Assembly (NCBI GenBank): GCA_037446635.1
Contig: JBBIIG010000060.1
Span: 1 to 24,708 of the forward strand
Direction: 5' to 3'
DNA: 24,708 bases
Origin: a bacterium
Lineage (GTDB): Bacteria > Zhuqueibacterota > Zhuqueibacteria > Oceanimicrobiales > Oceanimicrobiaceae
Shown: in pieces, positions 7,860-14,312 of the stretch
How positions within the stretch are numbered: the stretch's first letter is position 1
Layout: the number at the start of each line of letters is the position of its first letter
Notes under the pieces: generated by a model
What the model saw: only the letters and a program-made list of their open reading frames with translations
Databases searched by the model: none
What the model was told of the DNA's origin: nothing
Position numbers and translations under genes: made by a program

Positions 7860-9815
7860 ATGGCTATCAGTCGTCGTGTCGAGAAAGCCTTCGTAAAAGC
7901 CGCGGATATCGCGTGGAAATCTTTCCAGGCGGTAAATACGCGTCTGCCTGAAGGCAAGCCGTTTCAACCTAAATGGGCGCCGCGGCCTTTACTTAAAAGT
8001 TACGAGCGCTCCAAACCCATCCTGGGGTTTCCTCGCGAGACCGACTCCCTTTGTCCCAAATGCGTCAAGGAAGTCCGCGACGCCATCATTCGCGGTGAAC
8101 GCAACCTGCAGGATTTGGTGTCCAACCATCCGGGCGAGATTAAGGCCATGATTGTGGAAGAAGACGGCAAGATTCTGATGAAAAAAACCTGCGAGGCGCA
8201 CGGTTACTTCGAGGATACCATCTCCATTGACGCCGAATTCACCAAACGCATCGAAAGCCTGTTTCCGGGTCGCGACTTCAAAACCGTGGGCGACGAATTG
8301 GTGCATCGTCACGGCAGCTCTTCCATCAAATACGGCCGCGGCTCGGTGATGACCATCGACCTCACCAACCGCTGCAACATGATGTGCAACCCCTGCTTCA
8401 TGGACGCCAACCAGGTGGGGTATGTTCATGAGCCGACGCTGGACGATCTCAAAGAGATTCTCGATCGTTCCATTTCTTTCAAGCCCAAACGGCAATTGGC
8501 GCTGCTGTTTTCCGGCGGCGAACCCACCGTGGCGCCAACCTTTCTGCCCATCATGCGCTACGCCAAAGAAATTGGTTATTACGCGAACATGGCGGCGACC
8601 AACGGCATCCGCTTCGCGCAAGATCCCGATTTTGCCTTCGAGGCCTACGATGCTGGTTTCAACACCGCCTATCTGCAATTCGACGGCGTGGGCAACTTAG
8701 CCAATTCGCACCGCCATATCGGCAACCTGTTCGATGTCAAGCTGCAGGCCATCGAAAATCTGGCGAAGGCGGGCGTCAGCATCACGCTGGTGGTGACGCT
8801 CGTCAACGGCATCAACAACGATCAGGTGGGGCCGATCATCAAATTCGTGATGGAGAACGCCGATAAGGTTAGCGCCATCAGCTTCCAGCCGGTTTCGTTC
8901 ACTGGCCGCGACGAAGACATCAGCGATGAACGCCGCAAACGCCAGCGCTATACCCTATCGCACCTGGCGCACGATGTGAAAAAAACCATGGGTTTTTCCG
9001 AACCGCTGCGAGACTGGTTCCCGCTTTCCTCGCTTAGCCTCTTCACCACGGTGGTGGATATGCTGAACGGGCCCAACACCGAGTGGGGCGGATTGAACTG
9101 CTCCTGCCACCCCAACTGCGGCATCGCCACGATTTTAATGACAAATAAACGCACCGGCGCCTGGGCGCCTATTTCCGAGTTCTTCAACATGGAACAGTTC
9201 TTTAAAGATATCACGACCATTACGGACTCGGCGCGCGGCACAGGCCTGACGGCCGCGCAGGTGGCGATGTCGTTCGCACGCAACTACATCCCGGAAAAAG
9301 CGCCGGCTGGTTTTAATCTCCGGGAAATGGTTCGTCAATTCGACATGCACTCGGGCGGCGCCGTCACTGGCGATTATATTGCTGACCCACGTGAACGCAA
9401 GAAAAACGAATGGTTCCCGCTGTGGGTGGGAGGCATGTGGTTCCAGGATTTGTGGGTGTACGATTTCCGCCGCACCGAAATGTGCGTCATTCCCTACGGC
9501 ACCCAGGAAGGTGAAATCTCCTTCTGCGCCTACAACACTGGCGTGGGCTGGCGGCAAATCATCGAAAACATGCACATGACCTCCACCACCGCCGAGTGGT
9601 TCAAGACCCGCGGCCGGCACAAGATTTATGCCGGCGGCCACAACGTAGATTTGCCCACGCTCACGCATACCTTGAAAGTCATTCAAGAAGAACCGCAAAA
9701 TGGCAACGGCAACGGTAAAATGAATGGCAACAACGGGCATGCGGGCGGAAACGGCAAAGCCCACGGCGTTGGCGTGGGTGCCAATGTAGCGTCTGCCGTG
9801 CCGGTGATGGAGTAA
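7860..9815 (+). CDS. Radical SAM protein, tetraether synthase (Tes/GDGT-MAS, MJ0619-family) homolog
   Basis: N-terminal SLCPKC...KTCEAHG metal site, CNMMCNPC radical SAM motif, SGGEPT, YLQFDG, FQPVSFTGR, CSCHPNCG, C-terminal MCVIPY..ISFCAYN; strong SD AGGAGG. Confidence 0.82.
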   Translation: MAISRRVEKAFVKAADIAWKSFQAVNTRLPEGKPFQPKWAPRPLLKSYERSKPILGFPRETDSLCPKCVKEVRDAIIRGERNLQDLVSNHPGEIKAMIVEEDGKILMKKTCEAHGYFEDTISIDAEFTKRIESLFPGRDFKTVGDELVHRHGSSSIKYGRGSVMTIDLTNRCNMMCNPCFMDANQVGYVHEPTLDDLKEILDRSISFKPKRQLALLFSGGEPTVAPTFLPIMRYAKEIGYYANMAATNGIRFAQDPDFAFEAYDAGFNTAYLQFDGVGNLANSHRHIGNLFDVKLQAIENLAKAGVSITLVVTLVNGINNDQVGPIIKFVMENADKVSAISFQPVSFTGRDEDISDERRKRQRYTLSHLAHDVKKTMGFSEPLRDWFPLSSLSLFTTVVDMLNGPNTEWGGLNCSCHPNCGIATILMTNKRTGAWAPISEFFNMEQFFKDITTITDSARGTGLTAAQVAMSFARNYIPEKAPAGFNLREMVRQFDMHSGGAVTGDYIADPRERKKNEWFPLWVGGMWFQDLWVYDFRRTEMCVIPYGTQEGEISFCAYNTGVGWRQIIENMHMTSTTAEWFKTRGRHKIYAGGHNVDLPTLTHTLKVIQEEPQNGNGNGKMNGNNGHAGGNGKAHGVGVGANVASAVPVME

Positions 9816-9837
9816 TCCGCTGAACACACTTTAAAAG

Positions 9838-9872
9838 AAACGGCCATTGAGTTTTATTCAATGGCCGTTTTT
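9838..9872 (+). terminator. Intrinsic terminator after the radical SAM gene
   Basis: AAACGGCCATTGA-gttttat-TCAATGGCCGTTTTT. Confidence 0.8.
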
Positions 9873-9882
9873 ATTATGAAAC

Positions 9883-9911
9883 TTGCGAAGCGCGATCACG
9901 ATTCGTATATT
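9883..9911 (+). promoter_or_regulatory. Sigma70 promoter of the DedA/VTT gene
   Basis: TTGCGA-17 bp-TATATT; the predicted +1 coincides with the GTG at 9918. Confidence 0.6.
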
Positions 9912-9917
9912 CGGCTT

Positions 9918-10637
9918 GTGAAAAAAATCAAAGTCAACCCGCGTTCTCTCTTCAAAATTTTATCGGCTTTCATTCTTTTTGGGATCTACTGGTATTTCGT
10001 CAACCAGAAATTAGTCTCTGAATCTACCACGCAGTTGTTTGGCCTCGCGGGTTTGTTCGCTTTGATAAGTTTCTCCACGGCATTTTTCCCGCTGCCGGCT
10101 AATTTGCTGGTTTTGGGTGCCGTCAAAAGCAACGCTCCGCTGCCGGTAAGTTTGGTCGCTGGCGCCGGCACCGTCGTGGCGTATCTGCTCGAATATGTCT
10201 TTTTCACCCTGCTGTTTCGATTTCAAAAGGTGGCGAGCTTTAAAACTACCTGGCTCTATCGAACCGCCGCGCCGCTTTTTGATCGCTACAAATTCTTTAT
10301 ACTGGCGTTCGCTTCGTTTCTGCCCATTCCTTCGGAGCCGCTGCGAATTTACGCCATCACCAGCCGATATTCTCGTACCGGCTACGCCCTCGCCGGGCTG
10401 GTCGGACGCATTCCAAGATATTTTCTATTGGGATATTTCGGAAAAGATTATGTGAACTCGATCTGGTTTATTGTGGGAGTGATACTTTTTCCTGCGGTTT
10501 TTCTCTTAACTATCCGATTATTTGTCCTTCTCTACCAACGCCTCCGCGGCGGTGTGCCGCAGACGGACGTCGCCCTGCCGCTGACCGCCGCTTCCAATGC
10601 CGGCGCCGAGACAAATCCGAACGAGTGTCCATCATAA
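9918..10637 (+). CDS. DedA/VTT (SNARE-associated) family membrane protein
   Basis: FFPLPANLLV, AGAGTVVAYLLEY, ASFLPIPSEPLRIYA, GLVGRIPRYFLLGYFG, several TM segments. The upstream ATGs lie inside the terminator/promoter, so GTG 9918 is preferred. Confidence 0.82.
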   Translation: MKKIKVNPRSLFKILSAFILFGIYWYFVNQKLVSESTTQLFGLAGLFALISFSTAFFPLPANLLVLGAVKSNAPLPVSLVAGAGTVVAYLLEYVFFTLLFRFQKVASFKTTWLYRTAAPLFDRYKFFILAFASFLPIPSEPLRIYAITSRYSRTGYALAGLVGRIPRYFLLGYFGKDYVNSIWFIVGVILFPAVFLLTIRLFVLLYQRLRGGVPQTDVALPLTAASNAGAETNPNECPS

Positions 10638-10685
10638 AAACGCCGATGATTCGCAATTTATTGTCATAATTTAACAACTTATCGC

Positions 10686-10714
10686 TTGACATTCCCCAAA
10701 AAATGTATTACTAT
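10686..10714 (+). promoter_or_regulatory. Sigma70 promoter with no downstream CDS
   Basis: TTGACA-17 bp-TACTAT. Confidence 0.75.
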
Positions 10715-10720
10715 TCGGTT

Positions 10721-10848
10721 GTTTTTAGAAGCGGTCCCGTTCAGTTTCGCAGGGACGCAAAATAAAGCGGTTGTATCGCGACACCATCCGTTTTATTTTC
10801 TGAAGGATCAGAGAAGGCACAGTTTCATTGAGACTGTGCCTTTTTGTT
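10721..10848 (+). ncRNA. Candidate structured ncRNA (three-way junction plus terminator), family unassigned
   Basis: P1 10724-30/10798-804, P2 10731-38/10752-58, P3 10761-70/10788-97; bracketed by a promoter and a terminator. Confidence 0.65.
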
Positions 10849-10849
10849 T
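10814..10849 (+). terminator. Intrinsic terminator
   Basis: AAGGCACAGTTTCA-t-TGAGACTGTGCCTT-TTTGTTT. Confidence 0.85.
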
Positions 10850-10858
10850 ATGGTGGAA

Positions 10859-11344
10859 TTACGATTTTGCGGCTGTGATAGCCTGCAGTTCCGCGATGAC
10901 CCGCTTTTGCCGCCGCGAAATGCTAACCATGTAGCCAAATAACGCCAGCCAAACAATCGTGTAAGCCGCAAACAGAAAATTGATGCGGTAGTTGAATCCC
11001 GATCCCGCAATGGCAACCCGCGGCGTTTTTAAGGCACCGTCCTCCGACTTCACTTCCAAAAAGTATTCGTAGAAAGACAGGTTCAACGGAACTTCACCGC
11101 CGAGCAAAACTTCATACTTGCCGTCGTTGATGGCCACGTTGCGATGCGTTTCCGACCACAGCGGCGTATCTGTGAGCGGCCGCTGATAAATGCTGAACAC
11201 CAAATCGGCCGTGCCGCTGAATGGCGTGCCATCTTCGTTTTTCAGTATCCCCTGATAATGAACCAGCCGTGGCACTTGTGCATTCACCGCGCTGCCCGCA
11301 GCGACACTCATCACAGAAATCAAAAGAGCTAAACGTAGCTTCAT
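10859..11344 (-). CDS. ccmD: CcmD-family heme exporter subunit fused to a signal peptide and an exported beta-rich domain
   Basis: C-terminal NFLFAAYTIVWLALFGYMVSISRRQKRVIAEL follows the CcmD pattern and lies directly after ccmC; N-terminal signal peptide ends AVNA-Q. Confidence 0.75.
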   Translation of the reverse strand: MKLRLALLISVMSVAAGSAVNAQVPRLVHYQGILKNEDGTPFSGTADLVFSIYQRPLTDTPLWSETHRNVAINDGKYEVLLGGEVPLNLSFYEYFLEVKSEDGALKTPRVAIAGSGFNYRINFLFAAYTIVWLALFGYMVSISRRQKRVIAELQAITAAKS

Positions 11345-11369
11345 CGCGAACTTTCCCTCCGTTAGATTT

Positions 11370-12065
11370 TCAATAAGCCATTTGACGTTTCATCTCCGAA
11401 ACCGCGATCGTCATTTTCTGCAGCCGCACGCGTTGAATCAGAAGATAAAAGAAAAGTAGTGTGAATGTGAACAAGCTGAAAAAGAAAGCAATCTGCATAT
11501 CGGGATGAAGTCCAGAACCCTCGCCGCCGGCGATCACAGGGCTCGGGTGAATGTCGCGCCACAGCCGGATCGAAAGATAGACGATCGGCACATCCACAAA
11601 ACCGACGATGCCGAACACCGCGGCGAAGCGCGCGCTGCGCTCCTCGCCTTCCACAAAATTGCGCAGCATCAAATAAGCGAGGTAAATGAACCACAGCACC
11701 AAAAAAAGAGTGAGGCGCGGACTCCACTCCCACCACGTATTCCACACCGGCCGCGCCCAAATAGGCCCGGTGATCAAAACCAGCGTGGCGAAGACGACTC
11801 CGATCTCCGCCGCCGAGCTGGCGACGATATCGTACTTGCGGTCTTTTTTCCAGAGATAGTAGATGCTGCAAACGAAAACCACGAAGAACGCCAGAAACGA
11901 CACCCACGCCGACGGCACGTGAAAATAAAAAATCCGCTGCACATTTCCCATCGAGCGTTCCTCGGGGGCGAAGATGAAAATCAGATACAAGTTGACCAAC
12001 ATGGCCGCGAAAAGCAGCGTGCCCAAAATCGTCAGCCAACGATTGGTGGATGGACTTGTTTGCAT
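11370..12065 (-). CDS. ccmC: Cytochrome c biogenesis heme exporter CcmC
   Basis: RIFYFHVP, TGPIWARPVWNTWWEWSPRLT (WWD domain), WRDIHP; SD GAAAGGAG before ATG 12065. Confidence 0.94.
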   Translation of the reverse strand: MQTSPSTNRWLTILGTLLFAAMLVNLYLIFIFAPEERSMGNVQRIFYFHVPSAWVSFLAFFVVFVCSIYYLWKKDRKYDIVASSAAEIGVVFATLVLITGPIWARPVWNTWWEWSPRLTLFLVLWFIYLAYLMLRNFVEGEERSARFAAVFGIVGFVDVPIVYLSIRLWRDIHPSPVIAGGEGSGLHPDMQIAFFFSLFTFTLLFFYLLIQRVRLQKMTIAVSEMKRQMAY

Positions 12066-12091
12066 CTCAATTATTCTCCTTTCCAATTGCC

Positions 12092-12194
12092 CTGTCATTC
12101 AGGAGGAATCTTTTTGATAGCGAGTATTTACTCCTGAAATAACAACTCGCTCCTTACTAACAAATGACAGCCGCTACCGCCCTCGCAATGACAG
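12092..12194. repeat. Degenerate RPE-like palindromic element
   Basis: Bounded by CTGTCATT ... CTCGCAATGACAG, the same termini as the inner arms of the 3372-3501 element. Confidence 0.5.
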
Positions 12195-12204
12195 AAAAAC
12201 AAGT

Positions 12205-12876
12205 TTATTCCTCAATCACATATTCAAACGTCAGCAACGCCACGATCAAAAAAATCACATCGAACGCGATGATGATCCTCAGCCAACCCCAAATTACCTT
12301 CCAACTCTCTTCCTGGAAAATGGCGGTGGTGGATTGCACCGCGCCGAAAATCACCGGAATGAACACCGGGAAATACATGATCGGCAGCATGATCTCCCGT
12401 GATTTGGTATTCACCGAAATCGCCGAAAATAGCGTGCCGATGATCGCGATGCCGGCGGTGCTCAGAAAAATCACCAGCAACAATTGCCCCAGCGAGTCGA
12501 TTAAATTCAAATCAAAAAAAATCGCGAAAATGGGCAGCACGATCATCTCCACTAAAATGATGAATAGAAAATTCACCAGCGACTTGGCGATGTAAACCGC
12601 GCTGCGGGGAATCGGCGCCAGCATCAATCCCTGCAAGCAGCCTTTATCGACTTCATAAACGAACGAGCGATTCAAACCGAGCAGGCTGGCAAAGATGATC
12701 GTCATCCACAGAATGCCGGGAATCGCTTCGCGCAGCGCCTCGCTGCCGGGGGGAAACGCGAAGTTGAAAATCACCGACACCAGCAAGCTGAACACGATCA
12801 TCGACGACAGCATCTCCTTCGTGCGATATTCTGAGAGAATGTCTTTCCACAAAATGGCGGCGATTTTCGCGATCAC
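12205..12876 (-). CDS. ccmB: Heme exporter permease CcmB
   Basis: WKDILSEYRTKE, GILW, LGLNRSFVYEVDKGCLQGLMLAP, SREIMLPIMYFP. Confidence 0.95.
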   Translation of the reverse strand: MIAKIAAILWKDILSEYRTKEMLSSMIVFSLLVSVIFNFAFPPGSEALREAIPGILWMTIIFASLLGLNRSFVYEVDKGCLQGLMLAPIPRSAVYIAKSLVNFLFIILVEMIVLPIFAIFFDLNLIDSLGQLLLVIFLSTAGIAIIGTLFSAISVNTKSREIMLPIMYFPVFIPVIFGAVQSTTAIFQEESWKVIWGWLRIIIAFDVIFLIVALLTFEYVIEE

Positions 12877-13613
12877 GACGGCTGTCCCCCGCCAACCAGT
12901 TCATAATACATCTGCCGGAATGATTTGGGATCGATGGCGGACTGGCGTTCATCGAAAACAATTTTGCCGTGATTCAAAATCGCCACGCGATCGGCCATCT
13001 CCAATCCGCGTTCGAGATCGTGGGTGACCATCAGCGTCGTGCGGTTGCTGCTGCGAACGCGCTTCAACCAGCCGGAGAGCATTTCGGAGGCGTGCTGATC
13101 GAGGCCGGTGTAGGGTTCATCCAAAAATAGAAATTGCGGATCGTGAATCATCGCGCGGGCAATGGAAAGCCGCTGCTGCATGCCGCGCGAAAACGTGCGC
13201 ACGCGGTCTCGGCGGCGCAAACCAAGTCCCACTTCCGATATGATCGACTCGATTCGCGCATCGAGATCGCGAACGCCGTACAGCTTGCCGTAGAAGCGCA
13301 GATTCTCATCGGCGGTCAAATCCTCGTACAAAAATGTCTGGTGCGCGATGACGCCAATCTGCCGGCGAATGGCTTCCGACTCGGTTGGCAGAGAATGATT
13401 TCCAATTTTAGCTTTCCCGGACGATGGTTTCGAGAGCGTGGAAAGAATGCGAATGAGAGTGGTTTTGCCGGCGCCGTTGGGGCCAAAGATGGTGAGAAAC
13501 TCGCCGGCGGGCAACTGGAAACTCACGTTGCGCAGCGCGAATTGATTGCCAAAAGTTTTGGAGAGATCGGAGACGGCGATTGCGATTCCGTTTAGCGCCA
13601 TCGATTGGATCAT
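12873..13613 (-). CDS. ccmA: Heme exporter ABC ATPase CcmA
   Basis: Walker A GPNGAGKT, signature FSRGMQQR, Walker B LFLDEP; coupled to ccmB. Confidence 0.92.
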   Translation of the reverse strand: MIQSMALNGIAIAVSDLSKTFGNQFALRNVSFQLPAGEFLTIFGPNGAGKTTLIRILSTLSKPSSGKAKIGNHSLPTESEAIRRQIGVIAHQTFLYEDLTADENLRFYGKLYGVRDLDARIESIISEVGLGLRRRDRVRTFSRGMQQRLSIARAMIHDPQFLFLDEPYTGLDQHASEMLSGWLKRVRSSNRTTLMVTHDLERGLEMADRVAILNHGKIVFDERQSAIDPKSFRQMYYELVGGGQPS

Positions 13614-13616
13614 TGG

Positions 13617-14030
13617 TTACGATTCCAGTGCGCTGCCGCAGTTGGCGCAGAATTTGTCGCCGCGGGTCACCGCCGCGCCGCAGCTCCAGCAAAATTTGGG
13701 AGACGCTTGTTCTGATTTTTTGCCGGCGGACGCATTTTTCGATTTGTCCGCCTTATGCTGAATTTGATCGATCTTTTTCAACAAACCAACGGCCTCGTCT
13801 TTGTACTGCTGCCGCAGGGCCTGAAAATCTTCTTCCGAAAGTTTACCCATTTGATAATCGAACTCGATGTCTTTGATGGCGGCGTAAATCGCCTCCTTGC
13901 GTTCAAGCAAATCATTGGCTTTGTGATTGGAGTCGAGTTTCAAAAGCTGCCGCCGCGACTGCAAAATTGGCGCCGCCACGAAATAAGAAACCGCCGCTGT
14001 GAGCAAAAGAAAAATAATCGCTGTCATCAT
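13617..14030 (-). CDS. Membrane-anchored CcmI-like protein with a C-terminal zinc ribbon
   Basis: N-terminal TM, AIKDIEFDYQMGKLSEEDF helical motif, FCWSCG...FCANCG; first gene of the ccm cluster. Confidence 0.75.
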   Translation of the reverse strand: MMTAIIFLLLTAAVSYFVAAPILQSRRQLLKLDSNHKANDLLERKEAIYAAIKDIEFDYQMGKLSEEDFQALRQQYKDEAVGLLKKIDQIQHKADKSKNASAGKKSEQASPKFCWSCGAAVTRGDKFCANCGSALES

Positions 14031-14051
14031 AACCATTCCTTAGAATTTACA

Positions 14052-14079
14052 TTGCATCATTTAGAATTTTTGATATACT
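14052..14079 (+). promoter_or_regulatory. Possible residual promoter upstream of the PemK/MazF remnant
   Basis: TTGCAT-16 bp-TATACT with an extended TG. Confidence 0.4.
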
Positions 14080-14150
14080 CAAAACGTACAATTACTTTCG
14101 TCGCGCGTGAGATCGTCGGGCGCACACTTGATTTTGAGTTACCTTCTCTA

Positions 14151-14312
14151 TCTGAGGTTAATGTCAAGACTCCTTTTGGGAAACCGGGCGTATTTGACGC
14201 TCAGAACCTATTGACGATCCCACGCGCCAAGTTGATGCGCAAACTTGGTACTCTCTCCCCTGAAAATATTGCTGCGCTCGAACAAGCTGTTCGCTCATGG
14301 CTTGGACTTTAG
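14151..14312 (+). pseudogene. 3' remnant of a PemK/MazF-family toxin
   Basis: EVNVKTPFGKPGVFDAQNLLTIPRAKLMRKLGTLSPENIAALEQAVRSWLGL resembles a MazF C-terminal half; N-terminal RP motif, start codon and antitoxin are absent. Confidence 0.72.

Noticed and set aside
9861..9917. Upstream ATG starts for the DedA gene and a Tes-DedA operon
   Set aside because: These codons lie within a terminator hairpin and promoter region; the terminator separates the two genes.
10686..10934. 82-aa ORF over the candidate ncRNA
   Set aside because: It starts at the TTG of the -35 box, has no SD, crosses the terminator and overlaps ccmD antisense.
13755..14150. N-terminal part of the 185-aa plus-strand ORF
   Set aside because: Antisense to the Zn-ribbon gene; only the last 53 codons resemble PemK/MazF.
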